Part shown: positions 13,801 to 26,635 of the stretch, piece after piece | Position numbering within the stretch: position 1 is the first letter of the stretch | Layout: each line of letters starts with the position of its first letter | Source of the DNA: Scenedesmus sp. PABB004 | Taxonomy: Eukaryota | Direction: 5' to 3' | Length of the DNA: 64,000 nucleotides | Assembly: GCA_014905635.1 (NCBI GenBank) | Contig: JABVCE010000009.1 | Span: 248,001-312,000 of the forward strand | Position numbers and translations under genes: made by a program | Notes under the pieces: model-generated | What the model saw: the letters and a program-made list of their open reading frames with translations, nothing else | The model's database searches: none | Told to the model about the DNA's origin: nothing

Positions 13801-16116
13801 GCGGCGGCGCCGGTGACGCGGCGGCCACGCCCGGCGGCGCGGCGCGCCGCCCGGCGCCGCAGGCCTTCTGGCCGCACCAGGCGGGCCCGGGCGGCGACGA
13901 GGAGGCGGTCGGCAGCGCCGGCACCGCGCTGCCGCCCGACGACGACGGCGACGCGGAGCGGGTGGCTGGCGTGGCAAAGGAGCTCAACTTTTTGGACGTC
14001 GACGCCGAGCGCTCGCCCGCGGCGCCGCCGCGTGGCGGCCGCGCGGCGCGGCGCGGGCGCGGCGGCGCTGGCGGCGTGCCCGGGGGGCGCGCGGAGGAGG
14101 AGGACGACGAGGAGCTGGACATTGGTGAGGACGACGAGGCGGGGGACAGCGAGGACGACGAGTCTGCGGACCCAAGCTACGACCCGGCCGCCTCGCCCGA
14201 TGCCACGCCCGCCGGCGCGCACGCGGGCGGGCAGCGCGGCCGCGCGGCGCGCGGTGCGGCGCGGCACTCGCGCCTCTCGGCCGGCAGCTTGGACGACGCG
14301 GGTGCGGCGCGCCTCGCCGGGGCGCGCGTGCGGCGCGGCGCGCTGGCCGCCCGCGTGCGCGCGCGCCGACGGCGCCCGCCCGCCCGCCCCCGCCGCAGAG
14401 CCCGCGGGCCCGCCGACCGCCGTCGCCTCCGCGCGCGTGTCGGGCCGCTGGGGCGCCGGCCAGCACCCCGGCAGCGGCGGGCGCGCCGCCGCCGCGGGCG
14501 CCGCGCCCCACAGCGGCGGCGCCGCGCCGGCCGCGTCGGCGCGCAGCCTCACGGCGCAGGTGGGCCGCGCTGCCGCGCTCGTCCGCCGCGCTCGCAACGC
14601 ACCGTGCGCGCACAACGCACGCGCGAGCTCACGCACCCGCGCCGCCCGCCCGCCGGCAGGTTTCGTGGAACCACGAGAAGCGGCGGGGCTGGGAGCGGCC
14701 TGTGCTGGATGACATCAACGCCCGCCGCAGCGCCGCGGGGCTGCCCACAGTCGACAAGCTCACAATCAGGGTGCGACCCCCCCCCCCCCCCCCCCTTCCC
14801 CCCCCCCCCGCCCCGCGCCCGCCCGGGCCGCACGCGCAAGGCCGCGCAGCACAGCCCCGCGGCGCGGCCGCCGCGCGGCCCCCGCCGGCCGCGTCGCTCA
14901 CGGCGGCCTCCCGCCGCCGCGGGCGGGGCGGGGCGGGGGCGGTGACAGCTGCTCAAGGAGGCGATGACGGGGCAGGAGGTCGACGGCCGACCGTGGGCGG
15001 CGGGCGCAAAGACCAAGGACAACCTCATCGCTGACTACAGGCACGCGCCGCCGCCGCCGCCGCTGCCGCCGCCGCGACCTCCGCCCCTGCCGCGCTCCGC
15101 CCCGCGCGCCGGCGCGCCGCGCGGGGAGCGAGACACGCGTCCGCCGCCGCGTCCGCCGCGTCCGCGTCCGGCGCAGGCGCATGCTGCACCTGAACGAGGC
15201 GGTGGACGAGGAGACGGACATCGACCGCATCACCGGCGCTGCCACCTGGTCCATGCCGCCCTCGCCCGCCTCCAGCGACGGCGAGGCTGGCGACGGCGGC
15301 GGCGCGGCACCCGGCGCGCGCGGCCGGCCCGGCGGCCGCGCCGCGGCAAGCGTGCGGCGCAGCAGCAGCATGGGCGTCGCCGGCGGCGGCCCCGGCGCAG
15401 GTGCGGCGGAAGGGGGGGGGGGGGGCGGGGAGGCAGGGGCCGGCCGCCGCGGCGAGGCGCCGCGGCACCGCCGCCGCGCCGCGCACCGCGCCCCTGCCAC
15501 GGCTCGCCGCCCGCGGCCGCTCGCGCCGCCCGCAGCGCGGCGCGTGGCGTCGGCGAGCATGCACCTGGACGTGCACGCCTGCGCCTCGGCCCCGCCCAGC
15601 GCGTCGCCGAGCCCGGGGCGCTGCGCCGAGCGCAGCCTCGGGCGGGGGCTGCTGGGGGTTGGCAGCGCGAGCAAGTTCCGGCCTGGCTCCTCGCCGCCCG
15701 GCGGCGGCGCGCTGGCCGGCGGCGGGGGCCGGCGGCTGGTGTCGCAGAGCGTGGACGGCGGGCTGGCGGGCGCGGAGCGCGTGCCGCGCGACTCGCCAGC
15801 CGGCGCGCTGCAGCAGGTGCGGGCGCGACGGGCGCCGCGCTGTGGCGCGCGACAGGCGCCGCGCTGTGGCGCGCGCGGCGCCAGAGGCTGGTGCTGGCGC
15901 TCGGGCGCGCTCCGCGAGCTCGCCGCCGCCCGCCCCGCGCCGCAGGCGGCGCAGCGCAGCAGCTGCCAGCTCAAGCTGAGCATCCCCAGCTCGCGCGTGG
16001 ACGGCCCCTACTCGGCGCGCGTGCCCAGCAGCAGCGGCGGCGGCGAGGCGCGGCCGGCGGCGCAGCAGCTGTCGTCGGGCGAGCGCGGCCGCGGGGGCCA
16101 GCCGACCTGGCGGTGA
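7811..16116 (+). CDS. Kinesin-4 family (chromokinesin/KIF4/FRA1-like) motor, about 18 exons
   Basis: [31 protein letters not shown] (P-loop), [13 protein letters not shown] (switch I), [10 protein letters not shown] (switch II), [26 protein letters not shown]4-type coiled coil ([24 protein letters not shown]). 3' exons and stop are less certain. Confidence 0.9.
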
Positions 16117-16498
16117 CAGTGTCCGGCCTGGCGCCGTCGCTGGGGCGCGGCGGCGCGGCGCTCGCCGGTTCGCTGCAAACGTTTGCAGTGAGCGGCGGCG
16201 CGTGTGTACAGGCGTGTGACCCGCACGCAGCACGTGACGCACGCCGCGCCCGCACTCCCCCGCGCTCCTCGTGCGCTCTCTCAGCACGACGCCGCGAACC
16301 GCTGCCAGCCGGCCACAACGCCGTCAGACGACGGCGCGCGTCCACCAACAAAACCCCGGCCACGCCCCGGACCGCACGGCAGGGCGGACTGCCAGGCGGG
16401 GTGGGCGTCGCGCCACGCCGCGGCGTGCAATGAATTGAATCGCTCGTTTGGCGGTGCCAGGGCGCCAGAGGGTGCCTGGGCCGGCCGCAGGCGTCCGG

Positions 16499-17602
16499 TC
16501 AGTGGAGGCCCGAGAGGACGTAGGTGTTGAGCAAGTGCAAGTTGAATGACATCAGCTGGCGGCGGCGGCAGCGTCGGCGGGGATCGCGCGCGCGTCAGCG
16601 GGGCGGCGCTCAGGCAGGCGGCCGCACGGGCGCGCCGCGCGCGCGCGCACCGCGAGGCCGGCAAAGAGGCAGGCGACTGCGAGGCCCTTGCCCGCGTGCG
16701 CGAGCGCGAGCGGCAGCAGCTCGTGCATGGCGAGGAACGCCTGCGCGCCGCCGGCGTCGGCGTCGGCGTCGGCGGCGGCGGCGGCGGCGGCGGTCGGCGC
16801 GGCCGCCCCTGCCAGCGACCGGCCGCGCGGCCGCGCGGCGCGACCGGCAGCCGGCCGCGCACCATGATTCCGCCCACGCCCGCGAGCATCGCGTCGACCA
16901 CGTGCTTGTTCACTGCCGCCGCGGGAAAGGCGGCGCCGAGCACGAGCACGGCGGCGGGCTCGGCGAGCCCCGACAGCACCGCCGCCTGCAGGCCCGCCCA
17001 GCGGCTGCCGGTCGCATAGTAGATCGGCAGCGCCACGCCCACGCCCTCCTGCGCCGCGGCGGCGGCGCAGGCGGCGCGGCGGCGCGTCGGCAGCGGCGCG
17101 GCGCGCGCCGGCAGCGCGGCGCGGCGGGCGCGGCGCGGCATGCCGTGCGGGCGCGGGCAGGCGGCGGCGGCGCACCGGGATGTTGTGCAGCGCGATGGCC
17201 ACGGCGAGGCTGACGCCTGAGGGGCGCGCGCGCGCGGGCGGCGTCAGCGCCGGCCGCGCGCCCGGCGGCGCGTGCCCGGCGGCGGCGGCGACCGCACGCG
17301 CGCACCGATGGCGGGGCTCTTCTGCGCGGCAAGGAAAATCGCCGCTCCTTCCGGGAAGTTGTGCAGCGCGATGCCGAGCGCCGTCACGAGGCCCGAGTAG
17401 AGCAGCTGGCGCTTGACGCGCCGCGCCGACGCCTTGTCCGCGGCGGCGCTGTCCGGCGTGGCCGCGGGGCTGTCCAGCAGCACCGCGAGGTCGGGGGACG
17501 CGGTGCTGAGCTGCTGCGAGCCGGGGGACGCGCACGAGCCGCGCCGCGACAGCCCCGCCTTGGCCGCGCTGCCGGCGCCCCCCGGGCTGCCCCCGCCCGC
17601 CG

Positions 17603-17657
<55 letters not shown>

Positions 17658-18286
17658 CGCGCCGCCCTCGAACGCGGCGAGCGCCGCGCGCGTGCGCACG
17701 CCGGGGCTGCCCGAGCCGGGGGGCTGCACCTGCAGCCCCGCCGCCGCGGCGCGCCCGCGGCACGGCGCGGGCGCGGGCGGCGCGGGCTCCGCGAGCCACG
17801 CCGCGTCGGGCTCGGGGATGAAGTGCACGATCGCCGCAAAGAACGCGACGCCCGCGTAGAAGGCCGCGTTGGCGGCGACGAAGCCGAGCTCCTCGGCCGC
17901 CTCGGGCAGCAGGTCGAGGAGGCTGATCGAGAGCATCAGCCCCGCCGCCAGGGCCTGGCGCGGCGGCGTCGCGGCGGCGTGAGCGGGCGTGAGCGGGCGA
18001 GCGCCGCCGCTGTCGCCCCTGCTGCTGCGTGACGCCGACGCCTGCTGGCGTCCGCAGCGCGCGCCCGATCGCATGTGGCCACCGCAAGTCCGTCCGCGGC
18101 GCTGCAGCCGCGCTGGCGGGCGCGCGCGGCTGCTGGAGCGGGCGCGAAGGCAGCGCGCACCTGGAGCGCGCCGAGTCCCTTCAGGCTCGGCGCCTTGATC
18201 ACTACGAGCAGTCCGCCCAGCGCCGTTCCACACGCCCCCAGCAGCGTGAGCAGCAGCGCCTGTGCGAAGTGGCCGCGCACCGCCAT
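16499..18286 (-). CDS. ZIP-family zinc/metal transporter (ZupT/ZTP29-like)
   Basis: Hydrophobic N-terminus MAVRGHFAQALLLTLLGACGTALGGLLVV, ALAAGLMLSISLLDLL, GIALHNFPEG and AIALHNIPEG signatures, SGLAEP; polyQ in the cytosolic loop. Confidence 0.9.
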
Positions 18287-18336
18287 CCCGCGCGGCTGGC
18301 ACCGGCTGCCACCGCGCTGGTCGGGGCGCCCAGCAG

Positions 18337-18341
18337 TTACA
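18337..18341 (-). terminator. Probable TGTAA polyadenylation signal of the Nudix gene
   Basis: TTACA on the + strand about 90 nt after the Nudix stop; TGTAA is the established chlorophyte poly(A) signal. Confidence 0.55.
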
Positions 18342-18431
18342 GCCGGGATGGCTGAGTGGAGCCTGCAGCCAGCTCCGCGGCGCGTGTGGCGGCGGCGCGC
18401 CGCCAGGCCCTGGAAGACGGCCGGCCTGCGC

Positions 18432-19510
18432 TCACTCCCGCGGCGGCTCCCAGGGCCCGGCCAGCGCCTCCGCGCCCGCCTCCAGCTGCGCCGCCAGGCC
18501 GTCTGCGCGCGGCGCGTGCAGCTAGCGTCAGGGCGCGGCCAGCGGTGCGACGCGCGCGCGCCGGCGGCGCACCAGTCTCCTCCGCCGCCCGCAGGTGGGC
18601 GAGCTTCTGGAAGGCCTCGCAGATGATCATCTTGTGGTCAAACGCCAGCGACGGCAGCGCCGTCACCGCGAACCACTCTGCGGCCGCCGCGTCGTCCTGC
18701 ACGCGGGCGTCGGCGGCGGTCGGCAGCCCGCGGCAACGCGCGCGGGTGACTCACCCCCTCCTCTCCCCCCTTCCTCCCTCGCGCCAGCGCCGAGCTCGCC
18801 GCCTGCCGCTGTCGCCCGCCGCCGCCGCGGTCGCCCGCCGCAGGCATGTGCCAGGCGCGGCCGCGCGCACCGCCGCCTTGACGCCCAGCTCTGTGCCGGG
18901 CACGACAGCCGCAAAGGCGACAGTGACCGTCCATCCGCGAGGATCCCGCCCCGGATCGCCGTACGCACCGACCTGCGAGAGAGGCAGCGAAGCGCGCCCG
19001 CGCCGTGGCGTGGCTGGCCTCGCCGCCGCCGCCCGCCGCCCGCCGCCGCCGCGCGGCGCGGCCCGCGCCGTCACCTGCACCAGCGCGACGTCGGCGGGGC
19101 TCACGCCGGTCTCTTCCTCCAGCTCCCGCGCCGCGGCGGCCGCGAGCGGCTCGCTTTCATTCACAAAGCCCCCGGGAAGAGCCCAGGCGCCGGCGCACGG
19201 CGCGTGCTTGCGCTGGATGAGCAGCAGCTGCGCAGGCTGGCCCGCCGCGGGCCTGGCGACTGCGCGCGCGGGCGGCGGCGGCGGCGGCGGCGGTCCGCGC
19301 ACCGGCGCCAGACGCGGGCGACGGCAGCGGCGGCAGCGGCGCGCTGCGCCCGCCGGCGCACCCACCGATGACGGCATCGACTGTCAGGCCGGGTCTCGGG
19401 TACCTGCGTGTGGGGGGCGGGCAGCGTCTCGCGGCGGGCGGCGAGCAGCGGAGCGGCGCCGCTGCTCGCCGCCTGCGGCGGGCAGCTCACTGGTACGTGT
19501 AGCCGGTCAT
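18432..19510 (-). CDS. Nudix hydrolase (ADP-ribose pyrophosphatase-like)
   Basis: MTGYTY.YPRPGLTVDAVI, WALPGGFVNESEPLAAAAARELEEETGV (Nudix box), YGDPGRDPRGWTVTVAF, LAFDHKMII; final exon ends GPWEPPRE*. Confidence 0.88.
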
Positions 19511-21261
19511 AGCGTGCGCCAGGCCACCGCGTTCACGCCGCGCGCTCGTCTGAACGGGCGGGCGGAGCAGGCGGGCGACGCGTGCGGCCGCTGCGCGCAT
19601 CCGGCTGTGCGCGTGGCGCGGGCTTATGCGGCGGTGGCCAGGGCGCAACGGGACTGAGCTGGAGTCTGCGGGGGGGGGGGTCTGTCTGTGTTATTACCGT
19701 GGTCGGGAGTCGTGCGGACGCCGCCGGCGTCATGCCACGACGCTCGAGCGGTCAACAAAATCGGTGTGCTTGTGCCTGAACCGCCCTTGGTGCGGGGCGA
19801 GGGTTGAGCTGTGCAGCCGCCCCGCCGCCCGCTGCTTGGTTGCTGAAGGTGCTGCGGCCAGGGGCGGCCAAAAGAAAAGAACGAGTCAGCTCAGCGCACG
19901 CAGCACGCCACCGAGCCTCGGTGACAATCAGCGGATCGCGGGAAGCAAGCAAGCAGCCGCAGGAATGAGGGAGGAGAGCTGCGCTGGTCGAGCACGCACG
20001 TTGAGCACGCCGCGCAGGCAGCCCGCCGGCCAGGGCCCTGCCCCAGGGCCGCTCGGCGCAGAACGATGTGCTGCGCTGCGGGCGCCGCACGGCCGCGGCA
20101 GCGGCGCTCACGCCCCGCTCGGCGACCCTCGCTCCTGACGCACGCCCTCAACTGCTGTGCTCGCGCGGCACACCTGGCACACGCGCGGCACGCCGCACGG
20201 CGCCCCTGGTCTGCGCGCGAGGGCAGTGCTTTGTGGTGCTGCGACAGAGCAGCAGCCCGCAAGGATTTAAGCAAGGATTTAAGAGTCGGCGGTGCTGGCA
20301 ACCACCTGGGTTCTAGAGTGCTCGGCCGCGGCCTGCAGCCAGCCTGCGGCCACCTCGCCCCGAGGGGTGCGTGGCGGAAAGCCAACGCCGCGCGCGCGGG
20401 CTGCAGCCAGCGAGCAGGCAGCGCGCGCACTCTGCCCGGGCGAGAGTCCATATGGTCCGTGAGTGAGTGCCCGGCTGCGCGGGTTGGGGTTGGGGTGTTG
20501 CTCGTAGTCAGGTGGGAATGCGTCGGGTGAGGGAGCAGACAGTGTGCCAACGCAATCAGTCGCGCGTGCGCGTGCACCCCGAGGGAGTGCCTCCAGGTCG
20601 GGTGGCGAGGTGGTGCGCGTCGAGCGCAGAAGGGTGGTGATGAGGGGCGGCACGCACGCGCACGCACGCGCACGCGCACGCGCACGCGCGGGCTGGGCGG
20701 CGGACGAGCCGTCGCGCCGCCGTCGCGCGTGCGCGCGTCGAAACTAAATTCTGCTGGTGTTGTTTAACGCACACACACAAGCACCCACCCACACCCACAC
20801 ACCCACACACACGCAACCCCTTCCTCCCCCGGGAGGCGCTTGTTATTCCCCCGCGCCTCGCAGAGCAGCCCCTCAGCCCTGGCAGCAAGGACGACCCGCA
20901 GCGCTGACCGTGTGGTGATGATGACGCAGCTGCGAGCATGTGCGTGACATTATTTCGCCGCGCTCCCCAGCAGCACGTGCGCGTGGTGCGCCGCCCAGGG
21001 CCAGCAGCAGAGGGAGAGGGAGGCGCGTCCAGCGGCGTGCAAGGGCGCCGCTGGACGCAGCGTTCAACCAACGGCGGCGCTCAAACCCATGCATGGCGCG
21101 CGGCGCTTGTTTGCGACGGCGTCGCGGCCTGGTGCGCTGATTATTGCGGCATGCATCGCGCGGGTGCATGTCGCAGGGCTCCGACGGCGACAGTTATTGC
21201 GCCCGCCGCACGCGGCGCCGTGGGTCGCGGCGGCGCGCGGGCGCGCGCACGTGCGCCGCGC

Positions 21262-22554
21262 TCAGCTGCTGCTGAGCACGGCGCGCAGGATGTCGGCGGC
21301 GATGGCGACGAGCTGCTGCTTCTCGCCAAAGGGCAGCCCCTCCGACGCGGCGGCGGCCATGAGGCGCTTGACCGCCTCGCCAATGACCTCCAGCTGCACC
21401 GTGTGCGCCGCGGTCGCGGCGTGCGCCTCCTGGCGCAGCCGCGTGAGCGCGTGCTGCTTCACCTTGAGCGACGCCTTGGCGAGCGCGAGCTGGTGCTGCA
21501 TCTGCTGCAGCGCGGTCGACATGTTGCGCAGGTTGTGCGCGGTGTCGCCCGCGCTGCGCGCCTGCGCGGCGAGGCTGGCCGCCGCCGCGCGGCTGCTGTG
21601 CGCCTCGCTCGCGGCGGAGACGAGCATGCTCGCGAGCTGCTTGCACACGCGCTGCGACTTGCACATCGCCAGCAGCGTCCGCAGGAACAGGTCCTGCGCC
21701 GCCGGCGTCATGAGCGCCGCGGCGTCGCCCGGGCTGTCGCCCGCCGCCGGCGACGGCGAGGCGCTGCGCTCGGCCGCCCCCGCCGGCGCGCCGGCGCGAG
21801 CGCCGGCCGGGCCGGCCTCGCCGGCGCCGGCGCCGTCGGCCGCGCCCTCAGGCTGCGCGGGGGCGGGGCCCGGCTGCGTCGCAGCTTCGCTCGCCGTGCT
21901 GTTGTCGCTGAGGTTGCGCAGCAGCTGCCGCACCGCGCCGCCCGCGTCCAGCTCTGAGCAGGCGCCCGCGCTCGAGCCGCTCGCGAGGCGGTGCACCTTG
22001 GCCGGCGGCTCGCCGGCGCCGCCCTCCTGCTCGTCCGTGCTGTCGCGCGCGCGCTTGCTGGCCGCCGTGGCCCGGCTGCGCGCCGCCGCGGCGGCCGCCG
22101 TGAGCTCGGCCTCGCTGACGGAGGGCGTGCCTGGCTGCGACAGCACCCGGCTGACCTGCTGAGGCAGCAGGCCCATCGAGTACGCCTCGCGGATGCACGC
22201 GGCAGCCTGCGCGTGGCGGGCGGGCGGCGCGCCGGGCAGCAGTCAGCGGGGGGCACCCCTGCGCTGCGGCACCGCGCGCCCCTGGCCAGCGGCTGCTTGC
22301 AGCCCCCCCCCCCCCCCTCCCTCCCCGCCCGGGCACTCACCCGCTTCTTGGTCGCCAGCAGCGCCTCCAGCAGCTTCTGCAGCTGCGCCGGGTCCAGCAC
22401 CGGGCCGGCGGGCGCCAGCTGCGCCGAGCTGCTGGGCGCGAGGCTGTTTGTGATGCCACGCAGCGCGCTCTCCAGGTCGCCGCTGCAGGTCGGCTCCGGC
22501 GCCGGCGCCGCGGCCGCCTCGGCCGCCTCCTGCACGTCACAGCCGCCGTCGCCT

Positions 22555-22616
<62 letters not shown>

Positions 22617-23699
22617 CTGGTGCTCCTGGTGCTGCGACGCGGTGGGCTCGGCGTCGGCGCCGCCGGCGCCCGCCGCAGCGCGCGCCACGCCCTGCTGCAC
22701 GCGGCGCAGCTGCTTGATCTGATCGATGACACCGAGCATCTGCTGCGCCTTGGCCGCCAGCTGCGGGTTGGCCAGCGCCGCCGCCATGCCGCGCGAGCTG
22801 GTGCTGCTGACCGACCCGCCGCGCGCGTCGAGCGCCGCCGGCGCGTCGCCCAGGCTCGCGCACGGCTGCGGCGGCGCGGCGGCGGCGGCGCCGCCGCCCC
22901 ACACGCGGCTGGCGCTGCGCTCCGGCGCGCCGCGGCTGCTGCCGCGCGCCGCGGGCCCGCACAGCCCCGCGCTCGCCTCGACCGCCTCCAGCCTGCTGAG
23001 CAGCTCCATCGCCGTCACGGAGTCCGACTTGCCCAGCAGCTCCATGCCGGAGCTGGAGAAGCCAGAGAGCGCGTGGTAGAGGGTGCCGGCCTTGCCAGCG
23101 CCGCCGCCGCCGCCGCCGCCGCTGCCGCCGGCGCCCGGCGTGAGGCCGCGCAGTGCGGGCAGGCTCGACAGCGCGCGCTGCAGCGACGCGGCGTTGGAGA
23201 GCGCGCTCTGCAGGCTGCTGGTGCTGTTCAGCCGCGTCACTGACGGCGCCACGGCGCCGGCCGCGGGGCTGCCACGGCCGCCGCCGCCGCCGCCGCCGCC
23301 GGCCTGCAGGCTCGCCAGCAGCGACTGCAGGCCCGCCGAGCCGAGCGACGCGTCGCGCGCCACCGGCGGCCGCGCTTGCCCGGCCTGCGCCTGCCCGGCC
23401 ATGAGCTGCTCCCGCTTGCTGCGCAGCTGCTTGGCGGCGCCCACCACGGCGGAGAGCAGGTTGTCCACGTCCATCGCCGTCGCGGCCGCGCCGGTCACGC
23501 TCGCGCGCGTGCTGCCGACCGCCGCCGGCGGCTGCACCGCCGCGCCCGGCTGGGCCACGGCGCCGGGCTGGCTGCTGCAGCAGCTGAAGCTGCCCATCGT
23601 GTGCAGCTGCTCCCCGGGCGCCATGCCCGCGGTGGCGCCGGCCAGGCCGGCCGAGACGAGCTGGAAGTCGCCCGCCTCGCCCCGACCGCCGCTGGCCAT
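21262..23699 (-). CDS. Hypothetical low-complexity, polyQ/coiled-coil protein (2 exons)
   Basis: Long coding-like frame MASGGRGEAGDFQLV...KKR, GT-AG intron 22340-22207, then AAACIREAYSMGLLPQQ...ILRAVLSSS*. No domain recognised. Confidence 0.65.
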
Positions 23700-25197
23700 G
23701 CGCGGGCAGCTGCTAGGTCGATCGGCCGCGGCGAGACGGCACTCGGGGAGCGGCACGGGTGCCTGCAGGCGCGGGGGCGGGGGCGGGCGGGTGCACAATG
23801 ATGATGGACGTCGGCAGCGGCGGGCGGGCCGGGCGCGCAGGGCCCAGGACAGCCGTGCGTCTGCACCGTCGAGCATCAAAAACGCCCCTGGCGGCCGTGC
23901 CGCCGCTTTCGGCCGCTGTGCTGGCGGGGGCAGTGGTCACCCGGCGACCCCGCCCCCTGGCGCTGATCGCCGCCCCCGCGAGGCCGTCCTTGATCGAGAC
24001 TCACCGTTTGCGGCAGCTTCCGGCCAGGCTCGACCGTGTGACACGCAGCGGCGACCTCGGCCAGCCTGCGCCGCAGAGGCCGCCCTGCGCTTGGAGGCGC
24101 CCGCTACCGCCTCTCCCGGCACGGAGCTCGCGGCCGCGGCGGCGCTGGGGCGGCTAGGGCGCCGGGGGCGCGACTGCGCGGCTGCGAGCGTGCCGCGCCA
24201 GGCGCGTCTACAGGCTAGCTGGCCCGTCGAGAAGCTCACGGACCTTCGCTAACCCAGCTTCAGCAGGCGGGCGGGGGCGCCGGACGCGCGCTCGCCCCAG
24301 CAGGCTTGCGGTCGTCGTCGAGGGGAACCGGCGAACTCACAAGGGCCGGCCAGCGCGCGAGTGAGCCGCAGCTGCGGCCCGCGGGTCCGCTCTCGCCGCT
24401 ATGAATCTAGCGTCACGCACTTCACGCTCGCACGAAAGGCCGGGCGCCGCGGGGGGGCGGGCGCTGGCTGGGCACGGCATGGCGACCCATGGACACACGG
24501 GCCAGACCGCCGCTCGCCCCGACGGCAAGGTGCCCCCGCTGTCCCGCTCTCTCACAGCCCGGTGGTTTGCGCTGCGGCGCGCACCGGCGCACCCGCGCCG
24601 CCGCGCCTCGTCGGCGACCAACCCGCGCGACGCCCGCGCGGGCGCGCCGCGGCGGCGCCACGCACCCGGCTGAACGCCCAGCTGCTCTCCCAGCTGCCAG
24701 ATCACTCCTGAAGTTCCCCGCCTTGACGCCGTTGCGCTGCGCAGGGGCGCGGCCGCGCGGCGGCGCCCCGGGTGCGGCGGGCGACCGTCGCCCGCCCGCG
24801 GCGGCGGCAGCGGCGCCGCCGCAGCTCCTGTTGCTCATGGCGCCGTACACATGCTGCCGGTTGGTGCCCCACCGGTTTGCTGCCGCCGCGGTCGCTAGCC
24901 GCTCGGCAGAGCCCTGGCGCTGCGGCGCCTGCGGCGCCCGCCTCCGCGCCGCCTCATGCTCACCGTGCACCCGGCGCATGGCCAACGTCGGGGCCGTGCT
25001 GCCGCCACCACCACCGCCGCCACGCGAGGGCGCATCGCCCGAGACCAGCTGCGCCGGGGACGCGCTCGCCGCGCGCCCATTCACGCCGCTGCATCGCCCC
25101 GGGACGCGCTGAGATCACATTTCGCCCAAGCGACCGCCCGATCTCGATCCGGCTGCGCGGCGCGTGTGCCGGAGCAGCAGCAGCATCCCGGCACGCG

Positions 25198-26575
25198 ATG
25201 CTCCTCTCGCGCCACGCCCCGGCCGCGCCCAGCGGCGGCCGCGTGGCGCACGGCCGACGGCCGCCGGCGCGCCGCGTCGCGCCTAGCCGCTCCAGCCCAG
25301 GGCGGCGGCGCGGCGCGCCGCCCGCAGCGGCGGTGGCGGCCGCGCCGCCCGGCCCCGCCGCCGCGGCGAGCGGCCACACCGCGCTGCTGCACGGCCTGGG
25401 CGACGTGGGCGACATCGCGCCCGCGCACATGCCGTGGGTGCTGCGCATCGCGCACGTGAGCGGCGGCGGCAGCGCCGGCAGCGCGGACTCGTCGGCGGCG
25501 ATGACCGCGATTTCGCGCGGCCTGCTCGCGTGGCGCGCCGCGCTCAACCGGGGCCTGCTGCCCGACGACGACGTCATCCAGCAGCTGCTCGCGAGCGGCG
25601 AGCTCGTCGTCGGCGGCGGCGCGAGCGCCGAGGAGCTCGCGTGGCCGGCGGAGCCGCTGCGCACGACGCTGCTGCGCGGCCTCGGCAAGCTCGGCGTGGC
25701 GCGCTTCGCGCGCAAGTACCCGGCAGTGAAGGTGGGCCGGCCGGCCGCCCGCCGGCGACAGGCGGCGGGGCGGCGCGCGGGCGGCCGGGCCGCTGGCTCC
25801 CCCGCGTGCGCGGCTCACGCGCCCCGCGGCGCGCCGCAGGACGCGCTGCTGCGCGGGCTGCTGGAGACGGTGCACACCTTCCACAAGCGCCTCTCGGGCG
25901 TGGAGGAGGAGGAGGAGCAGCCGGAGCTGGACGCGTCGGGCGCCAAGTTCCAGAGCGTGGCGGAGCTGGTGGCAGCCGAGGCGGCCGCGCGCGCGGCGCG
26001 CCGCGGCGATGGCGGCGCGGCCGTCGTGCAGGAGGTGCGGCTGCGCCCGCCCCCCCCCCCATCCCCGCCCGCCATCCCGCCTGCCAGCCCGCCCGCCTGC
26101 GCCGCCGCCGCCGACGCCGCCGACGCCGCGCGCGCCGCCCCGCCGGCGCCGCCGCCCGCGCCCGCGCCCGCCAGGCCGCGGCCAAGGCGGCGCCGCCGCC
26201 GCCGAGCCCGCGGCTCGCGGGGCTGCCGGCCGAGAAGCTGCTCGCGGTGGAGCTGACCAAGGCGATGTACTTTGCCTGGCGGGGGCCGATGGAGACGCTC
26301 GACACCGCGGGCCGCGCGTTTGCGGGGCTCGAGGCCCTGCTTGGCGGCGAGGGCTTTGAGGTGCAAGGCAACATCTGGCGTCGCCAGGTGCGGTCGCGCG
26401 CGCGCGCGGGCGCCGCCGCCGCCGCCCGCGCGCGTCCGCGCGGCGCGCCGACCGCGCCGCGCCGCGCAGGGCTGGTCCCAGTTGGACGACCTGCGGCGCA
26501 AGCTGGAGGACCTGCGCGAGCTGCGCGACCTCGTGCGCTCGCTCGGCCGCGGCGGCGGCTGGGGCCCGCTCAGGT

Positions 26576-26635
<60 letters not shown>

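Noticed and set aside
24250..25100. Possible small gene between the hypothetical gene and the VWA gene
   Set aside because: No convincing splice pattern or protein motif; treated as divergent promoter/UTR DNA.
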